In this document: positions 1-12,200 of the stretch, piece by piece
How the letters are laid out: each line of letters begins with the position of its first letter
How positions within the stretch are numbered: the first letter of the stretch is position 1
Assembly (NCBI GenBank): GCA_046563655.1
Contig: CM102289.1
Coordinates: forward strand, 7,750,001-7,814,000
Reading direction: 5' to 3'
Length of the DNA: 64,000 nt
Origin: Yuukianura sp. NJ FZ-2021
Lineage: Eukaryota
Notes under the pieces: model-generated
What the model was told of the DNA's origin: nothing
What the model saw: the letters and a program-made list of their open reading frames with translations, nothing else
Databases searched by the model: none
Position numbers and translations under genes: made by a program

Positions 1-1676
1 GGCCACCACATCCAAACCGTACTTGATTCCAGAAAAATTAAGAATCTGTTCCAGGCTAAGTCAAGAGGTATGACATTCTACTGCCAAGTACTTGCATTGT
101 TAACATTCGAACTAATTTATAATTGCATTTCACTTTCTTCTAGATATTTATCAACGTGCCTGATTTAGCCGAGCGAGTCGAGATTCTAAAGTCTATGCAA
201 GCCGAGAATTCAGAACTTTCATCACTGAACATTGAATTCTTAGCGAGAAGAACTCCGGGATACGTTCGCTCTGACCTAATTCGATTAATCAATCTGGCGC
301 TACTCAAATCCCATGTTAGTCAATGCGACTTTTACTCATGATATCATTATGATTTTATAATTTAAATCTTAAACTTATTAATTTTACATAGGAAACAAAC
401 GACTGTCAAAGTTTTGAGAAACATCTCAAGTTTGCCCTCTCTCGTGTCCTTCCTTCTGTACTGCAAGGTGGCATTGGTGTAATAAGCAGCAAAGTTTCTG
501 AAGGTTTGGAACGCATTTCTGGGCTCGACGCTGTCAAAATGGAGCTAGTGCAAACAATTGTTTGGCCATTGGTCATTCCAGAAGCGCTGGAACGGATGGG
601 AATTCAGCCTCAGAAAGGTATGCTGAAGTTTTTTTTGTGCAGATTATGGAGAATGTTGGAAGTAAAAATTAGTTTGTTTGCAGGAATAATCTTGTACGGT
701 CCTTCAGGATGTGGGAAAACATCGCTAGTACGAGCTATAGCCAGCAGTCATCATACCAATTTCATCTCTGTTTCTTCCGCAGAATTATTTTCTTGTGGTG
801 TTGGAGACAGTGAAAAAATAATTTCTCATTTATTTCATTTAGCGAGACAAGCATCTCCTTGTGTCCTCTTCATAGATGAACTTGGTAAAAAATAATTTTT
901 TTTTAAATTTATGTCAACACTGTGATCTAAAAATAATTTTTTTTAATTCCAATTTAGACGCGATTGTTGGCTCAAGGGATTCGAAATCTTCCGGTGGGAA
1001 AGGAGTGAATGACATGATACTTTCAATGCTTTTGACTGAGATGGACGGAATTGGACAACGGAACTCATTTGCCGTTCAAGGACATGATAAAGTAAGTAAT
1101 AAAAGCTATTTATTGTAGGTCTTTTTGCGAAAATCTGATAATAATGAAATATTTTTATCTTAAGAAATCGCCAGCATTTGGGCAGCGATTTGTAGTCGTT
1201 GGAGCCACCAACCGTCCGGAGATGATAGATTCGGCATTACTCCGCCCAGGACGCTTCGATCGCCTTGTCCCTGTACCTCCGCCAAACGAAACTGATCGAC
1301 TAAAGTTGTTGAAGAACTGTACCCGGAATACTGCTTTAGGCAATGATGTGATACTTGAAAGCATCGCTAAAAGAACAGAGCGCTTCTCTGGTGCGGATAT
1401 TGTCAACCTTTGCAGAGAGGTAGGGAAACTCGACATGTAAAGTTAATAATTTCTTCAACCTGGTACAAATTAAGTTTGTTTTACTTGCAGGCGGGACTTC
1501 GTGCTCTTTCCGAAAATATCGACGCTACTTGTGTATCAATGAAGCACTATGAAGATGCTTTAAGTGGATGTTCTCCTTCGATATCTAACCAATATCTAGA
1601 TTCCTTTTACAAATATTCCTCCCGAGAAGCTGCCAGCACACTGCATATCGAACTGAACTCTCTGAACATTAATTGA
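1..1676 (+). CDS. SPATA5L1: AAA+ ATPase, SPATA5L1/AFG2B-like; 3' part only (end of D1 and complete D2), multi-exon, 5' end outside window
   Basis: Spliced translation gives D2 Walker A GPSGCGKT, Walker B VLFIDE and SRH GATNRPEMIDSALLRPGRFDR. The segment GLDAVKMELVQTIVWPL..VGDSEKIISHLFHLARQASP..LSMLLTEMDGIG resembles SPATA5L1 D2. Stop TGA at 1674-1676. Subfamily call is from memory. Confidence 0.8.
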
Positions 1677-2009
1677 TCATTACAATTATTTTAACTTTGC
1701 GAAGACTTAATTCAATTGTAATTGGAATGTCGAAACATTATGGCTTTATGTAAACAAGTATTTTTATAAATTACTTTTTTACGTAAATGAACCTTCGTCA
1801 CCAATCATTAAAACATTTTTGTCAAGCCAACGGGAGGCAAGTTTTCAAAAATCTTTAAAAACAATTTGAAAACGTCACCAACTTGCGGAGCAGCCGCTGC
1901 TGCCGCATCTATCAGAGACGGAGACGTTGGAAGACGCTGCTGCTAATGCAGCTTTTATTATTATAAGAATTATGTAATTTCATTACTTCAATTCTCCCCA
2001 ACCTCCAAC

Positions 2010-5000
2010 ATGTTTGAGGCGTACTTACGAGACTTAATTACTACTGTGCTGGGGAACTTCTTTGAGAACATTGATGCGACGCCATTGGAAGTATCCTTAT
2101 GGAGAGGTTAGAATTTTCAAATTTCATTTCGATGACATAACTTATTTTCCCGCCATTTCTTTGTTTCACAGGTGATGTTGTCCTGCGGAATGTGAAAATC
2201 AAGAGCACTGTCATGATTGACTTTTACTTGCCATTCAAGATAATTGCTGGCAGAATCGGTATTTCAATTTCAATCAAAAATTTCATGAATTACAGCTAAA
2301 GATATATTTTTTTGTCTTTTAGGAACCCTAACGTTGAAGGTCCCTTGGTCGCAAATCTACACCGCTTCAGTGGAAGCTACAATGAAAGATTGCCATCTTA
2401 TCGTCAATCCATGTCAGACAGCACCGTATAATGCTGAAGAGGAGGAGCGATATGAGCATCATAAGAAGATGCAATCGGTAGAAAAAATTGAAAGAAAACT
2501 TCGAGCGGAGCAAGCAGCTTCAGAAAGCAGAGGTCAAGTTCCAGAATAATTTTGTCCAAAAACAATGCAGGAGTAAGATTCTTTTTTAATTTTAGACTCC
2601 GTGCCTGGTTCCGGCACATCCAGCGCTTCCAGTGCAAAATTTAGCCAAGGTCTGCTAATGCTGATCCTCAAAAATTTGCATCTTCATGTCGATGGACTGC
2701 ATATTCGCTATGAAGATTCCATCAGCAATCCCACGGTTCCGTTTGCCCTTGGAATTGCTCTGAATACTTTGAACATGCGCACAACAGACAGCGCCTGGAA
2801 TCCAATTCGGACGAGTGAGGAAGCTGGAGTTCCAGTAGTCACGTACTACAAGCATTTGAGTCTCCAGGGATTGGCGGTATATTTGAATTCAGATGGAAAC
2901 TTGCTGGGGAAAAAATATGAAGAACAAGAAGAGATGCTGGATGCTTTGAGAAATTTGACCCGTTTACAAATGCATACGCTCAAATATTGTAAGTTTAGTA
3001 CTGAACTATGTGATACAATTTAAAATTTTGAAAATCTTGACAATTTGAAATTGTTGACAGTGATTGGTCCAATTGCTACTGAAATGAAAATGCGCGTTAC
3101 ACCGAATCCTGATGCACTTCCAACACCATTCGCATTGCCTAAACTGTCATTGGAAGTTTCGATGGATCAACTTACTTTGGGTAAATGACAAAATTTCGAT
3201 TTCGATTTTGAAAAATTTCGATTTGAAAGTGTTTTTTAAATAAAATAAAAATTTATTTTTGAAAATATTTCAGGCATTTCAAATCTCCAGTTCCAAAATT
3301 TACTCTATCTTGCTGAAACCGTCGAATTCATGTCACGAGGCAGACGCTACCGCAAGTTTCGTCCCGCAGTCAACTCATACACCGGAAATTCTGCATTGTG
3401 GTATGCAAAACTTTTGTTTCAAAATGCACAAGCGCACGTTGCCAAACTCTTTGAGCAACAAATTTAGTTTCATATACTTTAGGTGGCAGTTTGCTTACGA
3501 CTGTGTTGTCTCTCAAATTCGACGAAAACGACAATCATGGGACTACAACAATATTAAAAATCATCGCGAACTCGGTCGGCGTTACTGTGAGGTGTGTTTT
3601 ACACAATTTTGGAAATACTTTGATTTTTTTTTAGTTTGATTTTTTTTTGTATAGAACTACTACCAGAAAGTTGTGTTACACAACAACAGTTTAGCGGTGA
3701 AGAACAATTTGACTGCCTGTGAGAAAGAACTTGATGTGTTCAATATCGTCTACCTTCGAGCCAAAGTTCAGGTTACGAAAGAACGTGCGGAACAAGCGGA
3801 ACTTGAATACAAGAAACGATATGGCTGGTTGTCAACTGTATTTGGCTGGAACGCGGCCGAAATGGCCGCTGAATTTGAAACAAAATTTCGAGAATCGCTG
3901 AGCGATCAAGAGAAAAAAAAGCTGAATCAAGCAATTGGGTTCAGTGAAAACACTGCACCAACAGTTTATCCCAACGACTACGTTAGTCACACACTTTCCT
4001 TTGGAATTGAAACTCTGAGTACCTTCATCACGGACTATCCAAGCACCAAGGAACCAATCGGACGACAGTTAATCAAAATCACAATCAAAAACATGGAAGC
4101 AGGGTAATTCATTTGAAATACTGCGAATTGTCATCGGATTTCAATTCTGTTTGGATATCATTTAGAGTTCAGTATCGTCCTGCAGTACATGGATCGAACC
4201 TGCACGCAAGTATTGGAACTGTTGAAGCTGATACTGTCGAGACTTCCGTTTTGTCCACATTTTCCATTTTGAAAACACACAAATTGAAACCGGACGAGAA
4301 TTTTCTGGAGTTTGAATGGGAGCGCCGCCCTTTCAATACTACTGGCAGCAAGCGCATTACGCTAATTGCTCAAGCGCTGGGATTTATTTACAATGCCAAG
4401 ACTCTACAGCAAATCCGAAACTGTTTTGCTCTTCCAAAGGAAATCCAATTACAAACGTGAGTTCATAAAACAAAAATTTTGAAAAAGAAAATTGTTTCTT
4501 AGTAATTTATGTTTACAGATTGCGACTGAACGCAAAAACACGACTGAATGAATACAGGGAAAATGTGTTGATCTACGTACAAGACTGGATTCAAAAAAGT
4601 TATGAAGGGCACCTCATTCTCCGCATTGAAATGGATGCATCCTATTTAATCATTCCAGAAAACGGAGAATTGAAAGAGTATGTTTAAAAAAAACACGATT
4701 TGTTGAACCAGACTTTAAAAAAATGAATTTTTCCCTCAGGAAATGCAATTGTGTCATCATTGACTCTGGCCAATTAAAAATTCAAAGTCGAATTCAAAAC
4801 GTAGAGGACGCTAGGGATGACCAATCGGAGCATGTCGTCGCCAGCCTGAGAAATGCCAAGGTAAAGTAAAATTTGACATTTTTTAAAATTTGACGATTTT
4901 TTTAAAACACAAGATTGTGTTGGTGCTTCCTGGATTCGAAAATGGCGTACTGCTGCCAATCAGAAAACGTCTCTTGACTGCTTCAACGGCCGCTAGCTCT

Positions 5001-6246
5001 CCCAACTTGAATGAATCCATAGTAGAATCTTTGGTTTCGTCAGTTCGAAATGCGACTCCAAAAAGAAACGAAATTGTCAATGTAAGGCACTACATACTTT
5101 TTTTTTTTTTTTTTGTAATTTTTCAAAATTTGCGGCACATAAAACGCTGTAGTTCATGTATCATCAATCTCTTCATTTGATTTATCTAGCTAATGGATCC
5201 TGTACAAATTTCAGCAACTATAACAAAATCAGGAGACGAAAATATTGTCAACACCCGAATTTCCGACATCTCTTTGCGATTCAATCCAAGTATTTCCTTA
5301 TTTTAGTTGGTTTATTTGTTAATAATTAAGAAATTAAACCAACTTTATTACAGATTGTCTATATGAATTTTGAATTTTTCTTTGTTTACAGTTTCAGCAG
5401 AATTGTTTCGACGCATTTCAAAGTCCTGGCATGATTTGGATTTCGAAAATGGAATCAAACAACTTGCCGAAGATTGCACTTTTATGCAAAATTTTTATGA
5501 TCACTCAAGTCCATATGTCCAGAACTCAGCTATTCATTCTTATTTGCGCCAAGTACAAGAAGGACAGTTTGTGTTGAGCGTAAGAATAGTTTCTACGGTT
5601 TTGAATTAGTAATTAGAAGAACTACTAAAACTTATTTTTGTTTCCAGAATTTGAAACAGGGTGAAGAAAAACGTACACTGGACAAGTACATTTGCCACGC
5701 TCTGCTTGGAAATCCCGCGGCAAATATGATTCTTGTCACCACGGATCACGTTTTCTATTTGGGTTTCACCGACATTCATGGAAAAGTCAACGTAATTCAC
5801 TAAACTAATCTGCATCATGCACTTATTATTAAATTTCAAAAAATATTTTAGGTCACGTGGGAATATTCGTACGAAGATTTCATTGATCAGCCAAAGAAGA
5901 CTGAGCAGACTCCAGGCGAGATTGGAATTACTTTTAACATCAAAAAGTCAACGAAAGAGGGCGTGGCAACCTCAAAAAATTCAGCCAAAAATTCAACCTT
6001 GGCGGAAACCTCAACATTCTTTTTACTCATCGAGGAACCTCCAATTTGTGACGTAATTCTTAAACTTTTTACGCAAATTAACCTACTCAAAACGTGAAAA
6101 CCAAGTAAAGTCTAGCTAAAACCTATTTTTGAATTTTGCAGTGGATACTCACAAAAATCATTGAATCTCTTGCGCAGTATCGGTTGGTTCGAACCTGTGA
6201 CGAAGCTACAACTTCCTACACAAGTCCAAACGTTGCACAACATTGA
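2010..6246 (+). CDS. Short VPS13-like protein (chorein N-terminal region plus C-terminal PH-like domain), about 17 exons, about 1,020 aa
   Basis: Starts MFEAYLRDLITTVLGNFFENIDATPLEVSLWRGDVVLRNVKIK..GTLTLKVPW (chorein N). Also IRYED..PFALGIAL, WWQFAYDCV and EKKKLNQAIGFSE. Ends with DKYICHALL..MILVTTDHVFY..VTWEYSYEDF..WILTKIIES, like the VPS13A/C C-terminus. GT-AG introns, phases checked by hand across the 3' exons; stop TGA 6244-6246. Confidence 0.85.
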
Positions 6247-6575
6247 ACCTCATTCAAATTTTCATTCACTCCTACTCAAAATTCCACTTTTCCAACAAAA
6301 TTTCCCACTTAAATGAATACAACCTGCTGATGCTAATGTCACCGTTACACGTAGAATGTAAATAACCGAATGGAAAAACCTAATTGTTAATTGACATTTC
6401 ATGTTGTGTGTGATGATCCTCTCTTCCCGTTTGGTATTCAAACTTTGAACTGATCTGGATTAGGAATTACCGTATTTTTTTTACCACTTTACGGGAAATA
6501 CCAAGCGAATCAGTCACAATTTCAAGTGGACAGAAGTGTTACGACAAGTGACGATTAAACTTTACTACTTCTTCC

Positions 6576-7550
6576 ATGTTGTCGTTAAACACAGTTGTAA
6601 TTAGTGTAATGTGTGATATTGTACGATTTCTTATTATAATTCTCACCTTTACTACTGTCGCCAGTAGTAAAGCATTGCCAGCAAATACGGTAAACGCTTC
6701 AACATTCATCTCATCTCAAAATTGTTCTCAGTACATATCGGATCCAAAATTTCGATTGGACCAGGTAAGTTTTAAAAATTTCAAAAACAACTTACATAGT
6801 TATTTGAAACAACTACCTTATTTTCTCGCAAATAACGCGCGCATTATCTGTGAAATTACAGAGAATTTTGGAATTGAAATTTTTATGTTGGCATGCGTTA
6901 GCTGCGAGAAAATGCGGTAGGATTTGGAGAAAGTTGTAAAAGAATTTTTGTAAAAATTAATTTAAAAAAAAACTTTGTTTTTTTCAGTTTGAAGGAAACT
7001 GGAACTATATCAGATACTTTAGTTCTCAAATTAACAATCCGCAATGCATGACGCTACATTCCAAAATCGAAGACACCAAAGTTGACATGACCATTGGCCT
7101 AAAACTAAGCAATGGAGATGGTTTTAGTGGTCCAGAAAATACAGACGAAAAAACTTGGACACATTTCATCGATGTATTCGGTTACGTCGAAATGGACAAA
7201 AGTCGACAAGATGTTCCTGGAACATGGGCACTCTACTCTGACTTATCATTGGGTAAACCCTAAGTTTACACTAGTTTTATGATTATGGATTAATTGTGAA
7301 TTATCTTCCATGTCCAGCCCCTTCCAAGTGGATCGTTTTATCAGGCAATTCTTGGGAAGTTCTGTACATGATTTGTGGCGACTATCCAGATCAGAGTTCG
7401 CGAGTCGGCGAGATTGGAATTCTCAGTAGGGGAACTACGATTCCAGACCAGGAGGTCAGACACTTCCAACAAATCTTGGACACTTACGGTCTCAGCGTGA
7501 CACTCGATGAAGTTTCCCATACTGATTGTGATACTGTAGCAGTACTCTAA
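6576..7550 (+). CDS. Secreted lipocalin, apolipoprotein D-like; exons about 6576-6764, 6987-7252, 7318-7550
   Basis: Hydrophobic signal (FLIIILTFTTVASS). SCR1-like CSQYISDPKFRLDQ|FEGNWNYI containing GxW. SCR3-like GILSRGTTIP. C-terminal Cys (SHTDCD). Start could be ATG 6576 or 6609. Confidence 0.75.
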
Positions 7551-9299
7551 GTTTTAAGCATTATTATGTATAATCATAAGCATTACGAGTACAACATTTT
7601 GAAATTAATCTTAAGCTTTGCTAATAACTTTTTGGAGTTCGCGTCCTAAACTTAATCATTTCGTACAAAACAAATATTATAATACCTAACAAAGATTTCA
7701 AAAAATCAAATCACTTTTGTCCATTTGTTTATGTTTATACAAATTTTTTTGGAGATTCTAGCCTAAGGTTTGGTCACTTTCTGAAAAAAAAAGCGTCACA
7801 ATTTTTATCTGCTTGTTGTGCAAGGCAAATCTAAATGTTGTTCTAAATTGTGGTTTAATTTAACTTTTTTTCGATTTTGCATTTTAGAATTTTTCAAGAA
7901 ATTTTGGCTCATGTTTTTAGTAGTGGTGTTTTTAAATTCCTTTTTTCTAAATTGAGGTTTTTTGAAAAACTTTCTGCATTTGACTTTAATGAACCAGCGG
8001 AGAAAGTGTTCTGAATGTCTTTTGATGACACACGGAGGTTTTCGTCTTTTGTGGTTTTCCTTTTGTAACGTTTTGAACTAGTGAGGGAAAGTGATCTGCC
8101 TGGTTTCCTTAACAAAGAACACAGGAGTGAGTCTCCTTCATGATCAGAAGATGTTTATGCTCTCAGCATTGTTCAAATCACTTCAAACGGAAAGACTTTC
8201 TGCCAGATTAAGATTTCAAACAGGAGTTTTTGAAAGTAGGAAGTTTCAGAAAGCGTTTTCAGATTTTAGTCAAGCGAAAATCTTTAAGAAAATGGAAATG
8301 GATGTAAAGAAGCAACGTTTGTGGTTTTTTGAACGAGTAATTACAAATTCAAAGTCCGTTCAAGACTTTTGAAGTGGTGTTATTTAGAGTAATGAAAGTT
8401 TGTACACATCAATGTGTAGCTGCTTCTAAAAGTTTAGTTTTACAAATGTCAAAAACTTAAAGGCAGGCCGTGACGCGATATTTAATTTCGAGTGCTCCAA
8501 ACTTGAACTAAGAGTTTTCAAAATTTTGAACTTTGTTGGTTTCTATTTCCAAGCAAAATTGGAATACAAATGACTAAAGAGTTCAGCTGAATAAAATGTA
8601 TCATTTTAAAATTTGAATTTTGAAACTTTCAGAAACTTATGGTTTATGAGACAGAAAATTTGAAATTTGGACGAAATTTCCAAACAGTGGTTTTGACATA
8701 AAGCTTTTTGAACAAAGCTTGAACTTTTCTCAAATAAAATTTTGAGTTTAATTTATTTTGATTTTCTAAAACTTTTTATTGTAACTTAAATACTTACTTA
8801 AATTCTTAGTTAAGTAACTTTGTTAAGTTTAATGATATGAGCTCTTCATCACTCCTGAGCAGAGAAGTTAACTTAACTTTCATAAATACTTGTGTTATCA
8901 TTATGTAATCTCCTAAATTCCTCCAAGACGTAAACATTTTTTGGCAATTTTCGAATCCACTCGATGTTTAGATAAAAAACACAACTAAACTACACGGTTT
9001 TTCTAAAAGTTCGCACTGGAGACTGGAGTTTATGAAATTTTGAGCTTACTTTCCACTTTTTCTAGTGCTGGTTTTTAACTTATTTAAAGTTGTGTTAGTT
9101 CGTTTTTTTAGGTTTAAACTTTCCTCTCTCTTTTTTTTTGAATTTCTTTTTCGTATTTACACTTCTTGCTTGATTTTTTGTTAGTCCAGACATAAATAGA
9201 GTATAAAAGTATTTGTGTTGATTTTAGGTAGGATTTCTTGCGAAATTAGTTTCACTTTCACCCTTCTAATGGAATTCTGGGAAAGTTGAGAAGGTGTAG

Positions 9300-12200
9300 T
9301 CATCTCCAAGTCAGAGTGAAAGTTGATCCCAGTGTTTTGCTGCTGATGATAAGTAAACAGGCGGGCAGGAGTGATGTTAGGGAAGGGATTGACAGTAGTG
9401 CTGATGCTGATGATGAGACTTCTGACCTACCGCGTCTCACTTCCGAATTGGCAGAGTCTGCTGAATTGTGATTAGTTCCTGGAAGTCCAGGGTCAAGGTA
9501 GTCCCGTGCAACTGTACCTGGAAAACACGAGAAAGGGCAGGTCAACATTATTAGAAAGTCATCAACTGATGTCAGAGATTGCACTCTAGTCTAACTTAAA
9601 TCAAGAACACTCCAGCCTTAACCTAAAGCTCAACCTAACCAGGTTCATTCCATATGGCTCAAGGCTAAGGAAGAGAAAGTTGAGACACTTTTATTGACAA
9701 TGAAAACGTCAAGGAAATGAGATCAAAATCATTCACTTTCTCTTTTTTTTTACCCCCGTATTGAACTACCGCAGGGATGGAAATGAACTTCTAAGTATTA
9801 GAACATTGTTCTAACTCTAACCATTTTGATTGCACCGTGAATCACATCCTGGTTTTATTCCAAAGTTCAAATTACCCGCCCTAACCACCAACCGAAACCG
9901 ATTATCACCATTGTCTCTAGCACAGAGAAAGACATAATCGAGGCCTTCGGTTTTCCACTTCCAGCCTCATTCGTCAGGGCACTAAAATTTAAGAGGTCGG
10001 AGGTCTACTTTCTAAAAGGAGATAAACATAAAGCTACTTTTTAGGCACTTTAAGTACTCCTTGGTCCTTGTTACCGCTGAACCTAGCTGATGTTAGCGTA
10101 ACCTAATTTAGGAAAACTAACCTTAATTTTCTTATAAGGTTGAAGGATAACAACGGAAACCAACATAATAATCCAGTCAAGAGTGACATCCCATTTGGTT
10201 CAATTTGGCCGTTTCTACCAAGATTTTAATGTTGGTTGTAAGATCCATTTGGAAAGTACTTTCACTCTTGGAGTCTGTTGTTATTACTCTTTTATTAGCA
10301 ATTGACTCTAAAGCCACTTATGGGACATAAGGAGTTGCCCAAGTCTTAAATTTTAATATTTTATGATATTCAAACACTATGCTTTTTCCCGCTTTCTCTA
10401 AGCCTAACGCTTGCCTTCTGTAATCTTACATGCAGTGTTACGTAATTTTTGCGGAAGAGAAAATTGTCAGTGACAGGCAAGATAAGTAATCATTTTTCCA
10501 AAGTTAAAGTGGTTTCACAAGATCCTAAAGCAGACATAGTTTATTCCCTCAACCTAACCTGAAAATAAAGTATGCACGAGGAGAAAGTTGCAAAAAAGAA
10601 GGAGAAAGCAAATTAAGTGGATAGCTTCGTAACGTAAGGATTGTCAAGGAAATGGACTCGGTTGCTTAGTAACGAAATATTACAAAAATTGTCTAGAGAA
10701 ATATGAAAAACTTTTCCTCTGTGGAGTAAGGGGCCTCAATTTCCCTTCAATTTTGTTCTTGGAAGAGGGAAAAGTTATTATTTCTGAAAATTTGATATAA
10801 TGTTGTTCTTCAAAAGAAAAAATGCGGAGGTTGGTAAGATCTCGTCAATTTGGAAATGATTGGCCCAAATGATCTCTGATCTTCTTTTCAAATTGGAATT
10901 GAGCATGGAGATTATGATGAGATGAGGAATTTTTATATTTTGAAGAAAAATACTTGAAAGTAATAATGTTTGAAACTTTTCGTAAATTTGTTCCAAATCT
11001 ACTGAGACTGAAGATGAGCCTTGTGGTGAGGGTTTGTCATTGGAATTCTTAGAAATAGTAATAAACTGATCTCAAATTGAGAAATTTCGGCAAACTTTTC
11101 AAAAAAGTACTTTCTTTTCATATTTTTTTGCAATATGTTAGTACATCACATGAACTTAATATTAAAAAAGTTCTCATACGGGTGGTTGAAAGAATGTCAA
11201 TATCAAAAAAAGAATTTTCGAAATGCTTTCTCTTTACTTTCGAGTAAAATAAAAAGTTTTTCCCCCGTCATAATTTCATTGATTCAAATATTTGAAAACA
11301 CTTTGTATGAGTTTTTTGGTTTTATAAATGTTTTTCTTACAAATATGGATTCTGAGTTTTTTCTCTGTATAATGCAATTGTTTTAACTTTCACTTTTCAT
11401 GTTCAGTGAAAATGAAATGTTTTTTTTTAAAAATCTGCATTGGGTTCATGATCCTTATTTTCAATTTGAATGGAGGAAAGTCAAGGGCTTGACAGTTGAC
11501 TCTCGACCAAAAGCTTTTGTTATAAAATCAAACACTTCAACAACGCTAGAATTCAAACGTTCATAAATATTCAGCAGGATGAAGGATGCAGTTGAATTGT
11601 ACAAACGCGTTTTCCAGAAAATGGAAATTAACGTAAACCCCGCTCACGATTGCTCCTCATTTCTATTCTTTTGTTATTTTAAAATTTGGAGAAATGGCTA
11701 ACAATTCTTGAAAAAAAATTTTAATGCTCCAGAAATCCAGGAATTGAAAAAAGAGAAAGTATAATAATTCAGTACAACTGCCACAGGCAGTGCCGCTTTG
11801 AGAAACAGAGTACAAAATGCTTAGAATGTTTCGTAATTATGAAAACTTTGTCTAAATTTCAAAATTTTAAACTTGAGCTGCGAAGAACAGAGAAAGTACT
11901 ATGCGCTAATTTCAATCTTTTGTAAATATTTGAGGAGCTGTTAACGTTCTCTGTTGGCATAAGTGGATTTGAAGTGGGTTGAGTGAATTTGAACTTAAGG
12001 GCGGCAGGCGAGGGCCCTTGAGTTCCTTAATGAATCGTTATACTAAGGTTAGGTAAAAGTTAGGTTATTCTTCTGCCTTGTTCTTAATTCCTCAAGTGTT
12101 TGCTAAAGAAGGAATCACTTACCGAAAGTCCATTGAGACTCTGAATTCTTGCGATGATGGTTGTGATGGTTCCCAGACCCTCGGCCTTCCGTGCTCATTG

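Noticed and set aside
5098..5114. Poly-T run in a VPS13-like intron near the domain junction
   Set aside because: Ordinary homopolymer with no flanking duplication or retroelement body visible.
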